Origin: Escherichia coli
GTDB lineage: Bacteria; Pseudomonadota; Gammaproteobacteria; Enterobacterales; Enterobacteriaceae
Length of the DNA: 32,463 bases
Assembly (NCBI RefSeq): GCF_003334385.1
Contig: NZ_QOWN01000051.1
Direction: 5' to 3' (one strand)
Below the pieces are notes generated by a model. It did no database searches. It had not been told where the DNA came from and saw only the letters and a list, made by a program, of their open reading frames with translations. Made by a program: the position numbers and the translations under genes. Position 1 is the stretch's first letter. Every line of letters starts with the position of its first letter. Of the stretch, positions 8,475-18,889 are shown piece by piece.

Positions 8475-10508
8475 TCACGCGTCCGGGAACATCACGCTAT
8501 GGCCCGGCGCTTCACGATGGAGATGAATAAAGTTAAGGTGCCGCTCGTACTGGTCAAGAATATCGGTGATCACCTGCTCTTTGCTGTAGTCCATCAGGTC
8601 GTTGCCCTGGCTGCCTTCTAACAGGAAGGTTTCCAGCCGGTAGTAGGTCGATTTACCGCTGCGTGCGCGGTAGGTAAAGCCCGGCACCGAATATTGCTGC
8701 GGCCAAATCTGATAGACAAAGTTTTGCTCTTCGCCCATATGCACCAACAAATCCAGATGACCCAACTGCTGTCCCTCTTCCGGTGGCAGGCTTTTTAGCT
8801 CCACGTACGCGCCGCGCAACCGCAACTCCTGCGCCACTTCTTCCATTGCCGGGTAACAGACCGTCTCCATCATCTGTTTAGTGTAACGCGTGCCCGGATA
8901 ATTCATCAGGCGCGAGAGACGTTTTTTCCAGCTCAGGCGATCCTGAAGCCCCAGCGGTCGCGGTGCGGTATCGCGGTTGGCACTTTCACGGCGGTAATCT
9001 TCTACCTTCAGAGATTTATACAACCCCGCCATCACGAAGAAGATCACAAAGCTGAACGGCAGCCCCATAATCACCGTGGTGTTTTGCAGCGCGGATATCC
9101 CGTTAGTCATCAGCATGCCGAGCGTCAGCAGGCCAATCGCCACCGACCAGAAGACGCGCAGCCAGCCGGGGGCGTCGCTGTTGATATCTTTAAGCTGCGA
9201 GGTGAAATTCCCCAGCACCAGCGCCCCGGAGTCCGCCGAGGTCACATAAAACAGCAGGCCAGTAATGGTGGCGACGGAGGCGCTAAAGGTAAACGCCGGA
9301 TACTGCGCCAGCAGGCTGTAGAAGCCGCGCTCCGGATGGACCATCGCTTCCTCGGCAAATGCCGCGCCGCCGTGGATGATTTCATACAGCGCGCTATTGC
9401 CGAACACCGAGAGCCATAACAGCGTGAAGGTAAACGGAATAATCAACGTGCCCAGCACGAACTGGCGAATGGTACGCCCACGCGAGATACGCGCCAGGAA
9501 CAAGCCGACAAACGGCGACCATGCCACCCACCATGCCCAGAAGAAGAGCGTCCAGTTATTCATCCACTCAACCGGACGGTCGAAGGCAAAACTGTTGAGC
9601 GTCATGCCCATAAAGCGATTCACATAGTCGCCAACATTCAGCACCAGTGCATTAAGCAGGAACGAAGTGTCGCCCATAAACAATACGAACAGGATCAATC
9701 CCAGCGCCAGCGCGACATTAAGCTCCGATAACACGCGAATGCCCTTATCGACACCGGAGGTGACAGAGATCGTGGCGATTATCACCGACAAGGCGATCAG
9801 TGCCGCTTTCGCCGCCATCGAATCGGGAATATCAAACAGTACGCTCAAGCCATAGTTAAGCTGCACCACACCGATACCGAGCGTAGTGGCAATACCGAAG
9901 ATAGTGCCGATCACCGCTGCAATATCCACTGAGTGACCTATCGGCCCGTTAATCCGTTTACCGAAGATCGGGTACAGCGCCGAGCGGATGGTGAGCGGCA
10001 AATTATAACGATAGCTAAAGTATCCGAGCGCCATGCCCATCAGCGCATACATCGACCAGCCGGTTAAGCCGTAGTGAAACAGCGTCCAGACCATCGCCTG
10101 ACGCGCGGCCTCAATCGTCTGTCCCGCGCCTTCCGGCGGCTGCATATACTGCGTTACCGGTTCGGCTACGGAGAAGAACATCAGGTCGATACCGATCCCG
10201 GCAGCAAACAGCATCGCCGCCCAACTCAGCAGGCTGAATTCCGGTTTGGATTGTTCTGGCCCGAGCTTCACCGAACCAAAACGCGAACAAGCGATACAGA
10301 CCACAAAGACAATATAGAGCGTTGCCGCCAGCAGATAGTACCAACCGAAGGTTTTAGAAACCCAGTCCAGCGTGCGGCCAATCCACAGGGCCGAGAAGTC
10401 GCGAAACAGGATCGTTGTCAGGGAAAACAACAAAATCAGTCCGGCGGAGGTGTAAAACACCACCGGATTGATTTTGTCCTTTTCCCTGCTGTGTGAAAGG
10501 TCTGTCAT
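8475..10508 (-). CDS. betT: High-affinity choline transporter, BCCT family (677 aa)
   Basis: 677-aa polytopic ORF with BCCT-like sequence (WTLFFWAWWVAWSPFVGLFLARISRGRTIRQF); divergent from betI. Confidence 0.95.
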   Translation of the reverse strand: MTDLSHSREKDKINPVVFYTSAGLILLFSLTTILFRDFSALWIGRTLDWVSKTFGWYYLLAATLYIVFVVCIACSRFGSVKLGPEQSKPEFSLLSWAAMLFAAGIGIDLMFFSVAEPVTQYMQPPEGAGQTIEAARQAMVWTLFHYGLTGWSMYALMGMALGYFSYRYNLPLTIRSALYPIFGKRINGPIGHSVDIAAVIGTIFGIATTLGIGVVQLNYGLSVLFDIPDSMAAKAALIALSVIIATISVTSGVDKGIRVLSELNVALALGLILFVLFMGDTSFLLNALVLNVGDYVNRFMGMTLNSFAFDRPVEWMNNWTLFFWAWWVAWSPFVGLFLARISRGRTIRQFVLGTLIIPFTFTLLWLSVFGNSALYEIIHGGAAFAEEAMVHPERGFYSLLAQYPAFTFSASVATITGLLFYVTSADSGALVLGNFTSQLKDINSDAPGWLRVFWSVAIGLLTLGMLMTNGISALQNTTVIMGLPFSFVIFFVMAGLYKSLKVEDYRRESANRDTAPRPLGLQDRLSWKKRLSRLMNYPGTRYTKQMMETVCYPAMEEVAQELRLRGAYVELKSLPPEEGQQLGHLDLLVHMGEEQNFVYQIWPQQYSVPGFTYRARSGKSTYYRLETFLLEGSQGNDLMDYSKEQVITDILDQYERHLNFIHLHREAPGHSVMFPDA

Positions 10509-10572
10509 CCAGTATCCCCACTGTTATTGTTACTATTTAAAATCAAATTCGTAACAATTAAGACACATTTTA

Positions 10573-10592
10573 TATTGAACGTCCAATCAATA
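10573..10592. promoter_or_regulatory. Inverted repeat TATTGA-N8-TCAATA in the betT/betI divergent promoter region; candidate BetI operator
   Basis: Directly visible palindrome TATTGAACGTCCAATCAATA in the 128-bp AT-rich divergent intergenic region; TetR-family repressors bind such dyads. Not checked against a defined operator. Confidence 0.45.
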
Positions 10593-10636
10593 ACCGCTTT
10601 AATAGATAAACACCGCTGATGAATGGAGTGGCGAAA

Positions 10637-11224
10637 ATGCCCAAATTGGGGATGCAGTCGATCCGGCGCAGACAACTGATCGACGCCACACTGGAAGCAA
10701 TAAATGAAGTGGGCATGCACGATGCAACGATCGCGCAGATCGCCCGCCGTGCAGGCGTTTCTACGGGGATCATCAGCCACTATTTCAGGGACAAAAATGG
10801 TCTGCTGGAAGCAACCATGCGCGATATCACCAGTCAGCTGCATGACGCGGTTTTGAATCGATTACATGCACTTCCGCAGGGCAGTGCAGAGCAGCGATTA
10901 CAGGCGATTGTTGGCGGAAACTTCGATGAAACGCAGGTGAGCAGTGCGGCGATGAAAGCCTGGCTGGCGTTCTGGGCCAGCAGTATGCATCAGCCGATGC
11001 TCTATCGTTTACAGCAGGTCAGCAGCCGCCGCTTGCTGTCGAATCTGGTGAGCGAGTTTCGTCGCGAATTGCCGCGCGAACAGGCACAGGAAGCGGGCTA
11101 CGGCCTGGCCGCGCTGATTGATGGATTATGGCTGCGCGCGGCTCTGAGCGGCAAACCGCTGGATAAAACCCGCGCTAATTCCCTGACCCGCCACTTTATC
11201 ACTCAGCATCTACCCACCGATTAA
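10637..11224 (+). CDS. betI: TetR-family repressor of the bet regulon (195 aa)
   Basis: TetR HTH ([27 protein letters not shown]). Start chosen at [13 protein letters not shown], the third ATG in the track ORF, to give the 195-aa length I recall for BetI. Confidence 0.9.
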   Translation: MPKLGMQSIRRRQLIDATLEAINEVGMHDATIAQIARRAGVSTGIISHYFRDKNGLLEATMRDITSQLHDAVLNRLHALPQGSAEQRLQAIVGGNFDETQVSSAAMKAWLAFWASSMHQPMLYRLQQVSSRRLLSNLVSEFRRELPREQAQEAGYGLAALIDGLWLRAALSGKPLDKTRANSLTRHFITQHLPTD

Positions 11225-11237
11225 CCGAGGAGACGTG

Positions 11238-12710
11238 ATGTCCCGAATGGCAGAACAGCAGCTTTATATACATGGTGGTTATACCTCCGCCACCAGCGGT
11301 CGCACCTTCGAGACCATTAACCCGGCCAACGGTAACGTGCTGGCGACCGTGCAGGCCGCCGGGCGCGAGGATGTCGATCGCGCCGTGAAAAGCGCCCAGC
11401 AGGGGCAAAAAATCTGGGCGTCGATGACCGCCATGGAGCGCTCGCGTATTCTGCGTCGGGCCGTTGATATTCTGCGTGAACGCAATGACGAACTCGCAAA
11501 ACTGGAAACCCTCGACACCGGAAAAGCATATTCGGAAACCTCAACCGTCGATATCGTTACCGGTGCGGACGTGCTGGAGTACTACGCCGGGCTGATCCCG
11601 GCGCTGGAAGGCAGCCAGATCCCGTTGCGTGAAACGTCCTTTGTGTATACCCGCCGCGAACCGCTGGGCGTAGTGGCAGGGATTGGCGCATGGAACTACC
11701 CGATCCAGATTGCCCTGTGGAAATCCGCCCCGGCGCTGGCGGCAGGCAACGCAATGATTTTCAAACCGAGCGAAGTTACCCCGCTTACCGCGTTAAAGCT
11801 GGCTGAAATTTACAGCGAAGCGGGCCTGCCGGACGGCGTATTTAACGTGTTGCCGGGCGTGGGCGCGGAGACCGGGCAATATCTGACCGAGCATCCGGGC
11901 ATTGCCAAAGTGTCATTTACCGGCGGTGTCGCCAGCGGCAAAAAAGTGATGGCTAACTCGGCGGCCTCTTCCCTGAAAGAAGTGACCATGGAACTGGGCG
12001 GTAAATCACCGCTGATCGTTTTCGATGATGCGGATCTCGATCTCGCCGCCGATATCGCCATGATGGCAAACTTCTTCAGCTCCGGTCAGGTGTGTACCAA
12101 TGGCACCCGCGTCTTCGTTCCGGCGAAATGCAAAGCCGCATTTGAGCAGAAAATTCTGGCGCGCGTTGAGCGCATTCGCGCGGGCGACGTTTTCGATCCG
12201 CAAACTAACTTCGGCCCGCTGGTCAGCTTCCCGCATCGCGATAACGTGCTGCGCTATATCGCCAAAGGCAAAGAGGAAGGCGCGCGCGTACTGTGCGGCG
12301 GCGATGTACTGAAAGGCGATGGCTTCGATAACGGCGCATGGGTTGCACCGACAGTGTTCACCGATTGCAGCGACGATATGACCATCGTGCGTGAAGAGAT
12401 CTTCGGGCCAGTGATGTCCATTCTGACCTACGAGTCGGAAGACGAAGTCATTCGCCGCGCTAACGATACCGACTACGGCCTGGCGGCGGGCATCGTGACA
12501 GCGGACCTGAACCGCGCGCATCGCGTCATTCATCAGCTGGAAGCGGGTATTTGCTGGATCAACACCTGGGGCGAATCCCCGGCAGAGATGCCCGTTGGCG
12601 GCTACAAACACTCCGGCATTGGTCGCGAGAACGGCGTGATGACGCTCCAGAGTTACACCCAGGTGAAGTCCATCCAGGTTGAGATGGCTAAATTCCAGTC
12701 CATATTCTAA
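11238..12710 (+). CDS. betB: Betaine-aldehyde dehydrogenase (490 aa)
   Basis: Aldehyde dehydrogenase signatures (ELGGKSP; catalytic-Cys region [13 protein letters not shown]); start 13 nt after the betI stop. Start placed at the second ATG (MSRMAEQQ). Confidence 0.95.
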   Translation: MSRMAEQQLYIHGGYTSATSGRTFETINPANGNVLATVQAAGREDVDRAVKSAQQGQKIWASMTAMERSRILRRAVDILRERNDELAKLETLDTGKAYSETSTVDIVTGADVLEYYAGLIPALEGSQIPLRETSFVYTRREPLGVVAGIGAWNYPIQIALWKSAPALAAGNAMIFKPSEVTPLTALKLAEIYSEAGLPDGVFNVLPGVGAETGQYLTEHPGIAKVSFTGGVASGKKVMANSAASSLKEVTMELGGKSPLIVFDDADLDLAADIAMMANFFSSGQVCTNGTRVFVPAKCKAAFEQKILARVERIRAGDVFDPQTNFGPLVSFPHRDNVLRYIAKGKEEGARVLCGGDVLKGDGFDNGAWVAPTVFTDCSDDMTIVREEIFGPVMSILTYESEDEVIRRANDTDYGLAAGIVTADLNRAHRVIHQLEAGICWINTWGESPAEMPVGGYKHSGIGRENGVMTLQSYTQVKSIQVEMAKFQSIF

Positions 12711-12723
12711 CCAGGAGGTTTAT

Positions 12724-14394
12724 TTGCAATTTGACTACATCATTATTGGTGCCGGCTCAGCCGGCAACGTTCTCGCTACCCGTCTGACTGAAGATCCGAA
12801 TACCTCCGTGCTGCTGCTTGAAGCGGGCGGCCCGGACTATCGCTTTGACTTCCGCACCCAGATGCCCGCTGCCCTGGCATTCCCGCTACAGGGTAAACGC
12901 TACAACTGGGCCTATGAAACGGAACCTGAACCGTTTATGAATAACCGCCGCATGGAGTGCGGACGCGGTAAAGGTCTGGGTGGATCGTCGCTGATCAACG
13001 GCATGTGCTACATCCGTGGCAATGCGCTGGATCTCGATAACTGGGCGCAAGAACCCGGTCTGGAGAACTGGAGCTACCTCGACTGCCTGCCCTACTACCG
13101 CAAGGCCGAGACTCGCGATATGGGTGAAAACGACTATCACGGCGGTGATGGCCCGGTGAGCGTCACTACCTCCAAACCCGGCGTCAATCCGCTGTTTGAA
13201 GCGATGATTGAAGCGGGCGTGCAGGCGGGCTACCCGCGCACGGACGATCTCAACGGTTATCAGCAGGAAGGTTTTGGTCCGATGGATCGCACCGTCACGC
13301 CGCAGGGCCGTCGCGCCAGCACCGCGCGTGGCTATCTCGATCAGGCCAAATCGCGTCCTAACCTGACCATTCGTACTCACGCTATGACCGATCACATCAT
13401 TTTTGACGGCAAACGCGCGGTGGGCGTCGAATGGCTGGAAGGCGACAGCACCATCCCAACCCGCGCAACGGCCAACAAAGAAGTGCTGTTATGTGCAGGC
13501 GCGATTGCCTCACCGCAGATCCTGCAACGCTCCGGCGTCGGCAACGCTGAACTGCTGGCGGAGTTTGATATTCCGCTGGTGCATGAATTACCCGGCGTCG
13601 GCGAAAATCTTCAGGATCATCTGGAGATGTATCTGCAATATGAGTGCAAAGAACCGGTTTCCCTCTACCCTGCCCTGCAGTGGTGGAACCAGCCGAAAAT
13701 CGGTGCGGAGTGGCTGTTTGGCGGCACTGGCGTTGGTGCCAGCAACCACTTTGAAGCAGGTGGATTTATTCGCAGCCGTGAGGAATTTGCGTGGCCGAAT
13801 ATTCAGTACCATTTCCTGCCAGTAGCGATTAACTATAACGGCTCGAATGCAGTGAAAGAGCACGGTTTCCAGTGCCACGTCGGCTCAATGCGCTCGCCAA
13901 GCCGTGGGCATGTGCGGATTAAATCCCGCGACCCGCACCAGCATCCGGCGATTCTGTTTAACTACATGTCGCACGAGCAGGACTGGCAGGAGTTCCGCGA
14001 CGCAATTCGCATCACCCGCGAGATCATGCATCAACCCGCGCTGGATCAGTATCGTGGCCGCGAAATCAGCCCCGGTGTCGAATGCCAGACGGATGAACAG
14101 CTCGATGAGTTCGTGCGTAACCACGCCGAAACCGCCTTCCATCCGTGCGGTACCTGCAAAATGGGTTACGACGAGATGTCCGTGGTTGACGGCGAAGGCC
14201 GCGTACACGGGTTAGAAGGCCTGCGTGTGGTGGATGCGTCGATTATGCCGCAGATTATCACCGGGAATTTGAACACCACGACAATTATGATTGGCGAGAA
14301 AATAGCGGATATGATTCGTGGACAGGAAGCGCTGCCGAGGAGCACGGCGGGATATTTTGTGGCAAATGGGATGCCGGTGAGAGCGAAAAAATGA
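12724..14394 (+). CDS. betA: Choline dehydrogenase, GMC oxidoreductase (556 aa), probable TTG start
   Basis: N-terminal FAD-binding motif [15 protein letters not shown]. The sequence I recall for BetA begins MQFDY, which corresponds to a TTG at 12724 sitting 7 nt after an AGGAGG; the track ATG at 12679 would overlap the betB 3' end. Confidence 0.9.
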   Translation: MQFDYIIIGAGSAGNVLATRLTEDPNTSVLLLEAGGPDYRFDFRTQMPAALAFPLQGKRYNWAYETEPEPFMNNRRMECGRGKGLGGSSLINGMCYIRGNALDLDNWAQEPGLENWSYLDCLPYYRKAETRDMGENDYHGGDGPVSVTTSKPGVNPLFEAMIEAGVQAGYPRTDDLNGYQQEGFGPMDRTVTPQGRRASTARGYLDQAKSRPNLTIRTHAMTDHIIFDGKRAVGVEWLEGDSTIPTRATANKEVLLCAGAIASPQILQRSGVGNAELLAEFDIPLVHELPGVGENLQDHLEMYLQYECKEPVSLYPALQWWNQPKIGAEWLFGGTGVGASNHFEAGGFIRSREEFAWPNIQYHFLPVAINYNGSNAVKEHGFQCHVGSMRSPSRGHVRIKSRDPHQHPAILFNYMSHEQDWQEFRDAIRITREIMHQPALDQYRGREISPGVECQTDEQLDEFVRNHAETAFHPCGTCKMGYDEMSVVDGEGRVHGLEGLRVVDASIMPQIITGNLNTTTIMIGEKIADMIRGQEALPRSTAGYFVANGMPVRAKK

Positions 14395-14430
14395 GTCGTG
14401 ATGTGAACTAACGCAGGAACCGATCAGATT

Positions 14431-14489
14431 GAGAGTTACCGTTCCAGAGAGGGGGACCGAATCCTTATATAAACACTGAGGTAACTCTC
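14431..14489 (+). terminator. Long stem-loop (10-bp perfect arms GAGAGTTACC/GGTAACTCTC, 39-nt interior) 37 nt after the betA stop; possible terminator or structured 3' element
   Basis: Directly visible inverted repeat; the next 30 nt include GCGGGCTTTTTGC. Confidence 0.35.
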
Positions 14490-14606
14490 ATGCTTCATAT
14501 CCAGTATTCATGATGCGGGCTTTTTGCTGATATTTAACCCGAACATTCCTGATACAGACTATTAATACAACCTTATCTGCGACAGATTTTATTCTCTGGA
14601 TATATT

Positions 14607-15275
14607 ATGCGTGAACAAATCAAACAGGATATCGATCTGATTGAGATTTTATTTTATCTGAAGAAAAAGATTCGTGTTATCCTTTTTATTATGGCTATAT
14701 GTATGGCTATGGTGCTGTTGTTTCTGTATATCAATAAAGACAATATAAAAGTGATTTACAGCCTAAAAATAAACCAGACAACGCCAGGTATACTTGTTAG
14801 CTGTGATAGCAATAATAATTTTGCCTGTCAGACTACAATGACTGAAGATGTTATTCAGCGAATTACTACATTTTTTCACACCAGCCCAGATGTCAAGAAC
14901 AGAGAAATAAGGCTGGAATGGTCAGGAGATAAGAGAGCTTTACCAACTGCTGAAGAGGAAATATCTCGCGTGCAGGCCTCTATTATCAAATGGTATGCGT
15001 CAGAATATCATAATGGCAGGCAAGTTCTCGATGAGATACAAACGCCTTCAGCAATTAACAGTGAGCTTTATACAAAAATGATATACCTGACCAGGAACTG
15101 GTCATTGTATCCGAACGGTGATGGCTGTGTAACTATAAGCTCACCAGAAATAAAAAATAAATACCCTGCTGCCATTTGCCTGGCTCTGGGATTTTTTCTA
15201 AGCATTGTAATTTCTGTAATGTTTTGCCTTGTCAAAAAAATGGTAGATGAATACCAACAAAACTCTGGGCAGTAA
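14607..15275 (+). CDS. ykgH: Bitopic inner-membrane protein (222 aa), function unknown
   Basis: Hydrophobic segments near both N-terminus (VILFIMAICMAMVLLFLYI) and C-terminus (AAICLALGFFLSIVISVMFCLV) flanking a hydrophilic domain of about 140 aa; markedly AT-rich coding sequence. Confidence 0.8.
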   Translation: MREQIKQDIDLIEILFYLKKKIRVILFIMAICMAMVLLFLYINKDNIKVIYSLKINQTTPGILVSCDSNNNFACQTTMTEDVIQRITTFFHTSPDVKNREIRLEWSGDKRALPTAEEEISRVQASIIKWYASEYHNGRQVLDEIQTPSAINSELYTKMIYLTRNWSLYPNGDGCVTISSPEIKNKYPAAICLALGFFLSIVISVMFCLVKKMVDEYQQNSGQ

Positions 15276-15517
15276 TAAACAACATTCTGATAGAGAGTGC
15301 CTGTATAAAGCTGAAGTGACAATGACCGGGAAGGGAACCCGTTTTCAGGAATGGATGCCTGTCTTTTTCACTGTAAATATCCTGGCATTGGTAATACCAG
15401 GATATTTACAGAAGAGCAGCATAACCATGACGGAACGGGGTTAAGTCAGGTTGTCCTAAACGCTATTTTCAACCTCGTATGCCTTCTTCAGGTTTATGTC
15501 CAGACTTCATATCTCTC

Positions 15518-16213
15518 TCAACAATCCTCAATAATCAGATACACCGCTTTCACCGGGCCATGAACTCCGACGACTTTGATAAGCTCAATATCCGCCGTTG
15601 AACTGGGGCCGCTAATGATGTTAATGCAGGAAGGCATTCGTTCACCGGCCTGCGCTTTCTGATGCAATTTTTCTGCGAGTTGCGCTACACGCGGCAGGAT
15701 AGTGCTTTTACGCAGGATAAAAAGAGAATATTCCGGGAGCAGGCTCAATGAACGCCCGCGCTCGGCGGCGGAAAAAAGAACCACACCTCCCGATTCGGTT
15801 AAACCATATTCAGCATACACAACACCCACTTTAGCCTGCTCTGCCTGCGAGATATTCTCGGCACCTTTCGCCGGATCCCAAACAACGGCATTGCATTCCT
15901 GCTGCAAACGTTCGCTAATCCCCAATTCCTCCAGCCTCGTGTCACCGCTAATCACGACCGACTGATCTCCCAGCTCTTTACACAGACGTATTGCAGCTTC
16001 TGCCGCCTTCGCCTCGCTGGTCAGCTCACAGCGCGTCAACATAACATCGCTGGCAAACTGAATAAACGCGTCACAGCGCTGCTGTTGGTTAAGTTGGGTA
16101 AGCCGCTCGTTAGCATAGTTGTTAAGCGGCGCATCTTCTGCTTGCGGTTCAAGTCGCAGCGGGCGACCCAGTGCCTGAGCAACGTTATTCAAAAATTCGC
16201 CTCGATTATCCAT
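15518..16213 (-). CDS. ykgG: LutC-like subunit of a LutABC-type three-gene oxidase system (231 aa)
   Basis: Start chosen at MDNRGEFLNNVAQALGRPL (231 aa), which overlaps the ykgF stop by 8 nt; the track ORF extends 51 codons further upstream into ykgF. Confidence 0.85.
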   Translation of the reverse strand: MDNRGEFLNNVAQALGRPLRLEPQAEDAPLNNYANERLTQLNQQQRCDAFIQFASDVMLTRCELTSEAKAAEAAIRLCKELGDQSVVISGDTRLEELGISERLQQECNAVVWDPAKGAENISQAEQAKVGVVYAEYGLTESGGVVLFSAAERGRSLSLLPEYSLFILRKSTILPRVAQLAEKLHQKAQAGERMPSCINIISGPSSTADIELIKVVGVHGPVKAVYLIIEDC

Positions 16214-17633
16214 TCTTTTTCTCCTGCGCCTGATGTTTCTTAAACCAACTACGGAAACTCTCTCCGTCAGCTTCAGGAAGATCGCGTGCTTCCATCCAGT
16301 CGCTAATCGCGCCAAATTTGAGTGGTGTTTTGCCGCCATTGATAAACCAGCTTGCCGCATGAGCACCGGCCATCATCCCGACTTTCCACAATCCTGGATG
16401 ACTATTGGCATAAGCGAACATTTTTATCGCCCGTTGCTCTGCTTTTGCGGTGATCCCTTTTTCAGCCATCACCCGACGATGACGCAAAATCAGTTTTGAC
16501 AGCGGAATACGCACCGGACACACGTTGTCACAAGCTGTGCATAAAGAGCAGGCGTAGGGTAAATCTTTAAAATCTTTATAGCCGCCAAGTAGCGGAGAAA
16601 TCACCGCACCAATTGGCCCTGGATAAATAGAGCCATATCCATGACCGCCAATATGGCGATATGCCGGACAAGTATTCATACAAGCCCCGCAGCGAATACA
16701 GCGCAGCACATCCCGAAATTCAGAGGCCAGCACCTCAGAACGCCCGTTATCGACAATAACCAGATGAAACTCTTCAGGACCATCAACGTGCCCAGCTTCG
16801 CGCGGTCCTGTCAGCCAGGTGTTGTATCCCGTCAAACGTGCACCAACGGCACTGCGCGCCAGCATGGTGATCAATACATCTACCTCGGCAAACGTGGGGG
16901 CAATACGCTCCATTCCCATCACTGCAATATGCGTTTTAGGCAGCGTGGTACACATTCGCGCATTACCTTCATTGGTCACCAGGCATACCGAACCGGTCTC
17001 TGCCACCGCGAAATTACAGCCGGTAATACCTATTTCAGCACTGAGGAAATCTTCGCGGATTTTTTGCCGGATGAATAAGGTCATCGCTTCAGGCGTTTCC
17101 GGCCCCTCATAGCCCAGACGTTCGTGTAGCACTCGACGGATCTGATGGCGATCTTTATGAATTGCCGGGACCACAACATGAGATGGCGGATCTTGATCCA
17201 GCTGGAGAATATATTCACCCAGATCGGTTTCAATCACCTGAATGCCAGCATCCTGCAACACATGATTGACACCAATCTCTTCGGTCACCATCGATTTAGA
17301 TTTCACCACCTTCCGGGCATTTTTGCGTTGGGCAACCTGTAAAATGTAGCGGGTAGCGTCTTCTTTGGTTCTTGCAAAATAGACGTGACCGCCGTTTTGC
17401 GTCACTTTTTCTGAGAGCTGGTACAGATAAGCGTCGAGATTACTCAGAACATGATCACGTATCTGGGCGGCCCGATCGCGCCACTCCTCCCAGTGCCCCA
17501 ATTCATCGACCATTTTTTGCCGATTTGCCCCAATACGCTGCTGCGCGTTTGCCACCGCTTTGCGCATGATCGGATCTTCAATTTGCTGACGGATGCGTGT
17601 CTTAAAATCTGTATTACTGGTTTTGATCGACAT
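16206..17633 (-). CDS. ykgF: LutB-like iron-sulfur protein with two 4Fe-4S ferredoxin-type cysteine clusters (475 aa)
   Basis: CxxCxxCxxxCP motifs visible (CIRCGACMNTCPAY and CSLCTACDNVCPV). Confidence 0.9.
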   Translation of the reverse strand: MSIKTSNTDFKTRIRQQIEDPIMRKAVANAQQRIGANRQKMVDELGHWEEWRDRAAQIRDHVLSNLDAYLYQLSEKVTQNGGHVYFARTKEDATRYILQVAQRKNARKVVKSKSMVTEEIGVNHVLQDAGIQVIETDLGEYILQLDQDPPSHVVVPAIHKDRHQIRRVLHERLGYEGPETPEAMTLFIRQKIREDFLSAEIGITGCNFAVAETGSVCLVTNEGNARMCTTLPKTHIAVMGMERIAPTFAEVDVLITMLARSAVGARLTGYNTWLTGPREAGHVDGPEEFHLVIVDNGRSEVLASEFRDVLRCIRCGACMNTCPAYRHIGGHGYGSIYPGPIGAVISPLLGGYKDFKDLPYACSLCTACDNVCPVRIPLSKLILRHRRVMAEKGITAKAEQRAIKMFAYANSHPGLWKVGMMAGAHAASWFINGGKTPLKFGAISDWMEARDLPEADGESFRSWFKKHQAQEKKNG

Positions 17634-17643
17634 CTTTATATCC

Positions 17644-18363
17644 TCAGCGGCTCATCAACACTTCAGCAATATGCATCACTTTGACTTTCTGCCCTTCCCG
17701 TTGTAATCGCCCACTGATGTTTAGCAGGCAACTCACGTCAGCACCAATTAAATACTCAGGGCGGACTTCCATCAGGTGCGCAACCTTTTCTTTCACCATC
17801 TCGCCGGATATTTCGGCCATTTTGACCGAGAACGTGCCGCCAAATCCGCAGCAGGTATCCTGTTCAGCAAAGGTCAACAGCTCCAGTCCACGCACATTTT
17901 TCAGCAGCGTAAGTGGCTCGTCCTTCACTCCCAGCTTACGGGCCAGGCTACAAGATGGGTGATACACCGCTCTCCCTTGCAAACTGGCACCTACATCGAC
18001 TACCCCTAATTTATTAACAATAAAAGAGGTGAGATCCTGCATACGCGCGGCAACCTTTGCGGCACGTGATGCCCATTCAGGTTCATCCGCCAGATACGTC
18101 GGGTAACTTTTTACGGCATAGGTGCAAGAGCCAGCCGGTGAAATAATGGGATCGTCGTTATCCTCCAGTGCGGCGATCAGATTTTTCATCCCTGGAATCG
18201 CTTCTTTGATATAACCGCTATTGATCGCAGGCTGACCGCAGCATCCCTGTTTCTCCGGGAAATTTACGCGACAGCCGAGTTTTTCCAGTAGCAGCACGGA
18301 GTCTCGTGCCATTCTTGATTTCAGGGCGTCACCAATACAGGTGACAAAGAAATTGACATTCAC
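17644..18363 (-). CDS. ykgE: LutA-like cysteine-rich (CCG-domain) Fe-S oxidoreductase subunit (239 aa)
   Basis: Cys-rich motifs (CCGQP, CSL, CCGFGG) typical of CCG domains; 10 nt upstream of ykgF. Confidence 0.9.
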   Translation of the reverse strand: MNVNFFVTCIGDALKSRMARDSVLLLEKLGCRVNFPEKQGCCGQPAINSGYIKEAIPGMKNLIAALEDNDDPIISPAGSCTYAVKSYPTYLADEPEWASRAAKVAARMQDLTSFIVNKLGVVDVGASLQGRAVYHPSCSLARKLGVKDEPLTLLKNVRGLELLTFAEQDTCCGFGGTFSVKMAEISGEMVKEKVAHLMEVRPEYLIGADVSCLLNISGRLQREGQKVKVMHIAEVLMSR

Positions 18364-18889
18364 AACTAATACTCCATTACTTCATGCCCATTTATGCCCG
18401 ATGTTTCCCCCCCACCGGGGGATCAATCATCAATAAATATGGCGTTCTTTTTTAATTGGCTAGCAACATACCCCCCCTCATTTGTATGACAAATGATAAT
18501 CTTTCATCCAAACGTCAAATGCAATAACTAATTTTATTTCTTTCGGCATCGCTCACATTTTATGGGGAAATCGACGATCATTTTTGGCATAAGAAATCCA
18601 TTTAAAAATGGCTACATCCCTTATACCTATTCAGAGCTACTTATTCAGGGGTTATTGAGATATACACTGATGGTGTACAAAAAAATCACCGACAATAATC
18701 ACGTATCAAGTAATAGTCGGGATTTTATTTAATTGAAGCAATTTAGTTTGCATTTTTATTTAAAAACTGAGCTAGAGTCCATCAGAAAAAATATATAAAG
18801 CCCAAACCACCGTTGGAAATAGAAATAGTTGAAAGGCTCACAACTCCCGGAATGCGGATTATCTTTGCCCTGATTTCTGGCGGTTTTAT

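Noticed and set aside
9084-10496. Antisense ORFs within betT (9084-9419, 9376-9627, 10074-10496)
   Set aside because: Nested opposite-strand frames within a confidently identified 677-aa transporter gene; no independent signals.
12679-12723. Upstream ATG start for betA (track ORF begins [16 protein letters not shown])
   Set aside because: This start would overlap the betB 3' end and has no RBS; a TTG at 12724 sits 7 nt after AGGAGG and gives the [12 protein letters not shown]-terminus expected for GMC oxidoreductases.
11199-14215. Numerous 65-200-aa ORFs on either strand inside betB and betA (for example 12006-12611, 12886-13395, 13403-13825)
   Set aside because: Alternative frames of high-GC dehydrogenase genes; betB and betA identities are strong and leave no room for these.
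15068-15563. Short ORFs (65-84 aa) in the ykgH-ykgG convergent gap
   Set aside because: No RBS, overlapping each other and the gene ends; most likely untranslated 3' regions of convergent transcripts.
16214-16366. 51-codon N-terminal extension of ykgG in the track ORF
   Set aside because: The extension lies entirely within ykgF coding sequence; the internal ATG at 16213 gives the expected ~231-aa protein with standard 8-nt stop/start coupling.
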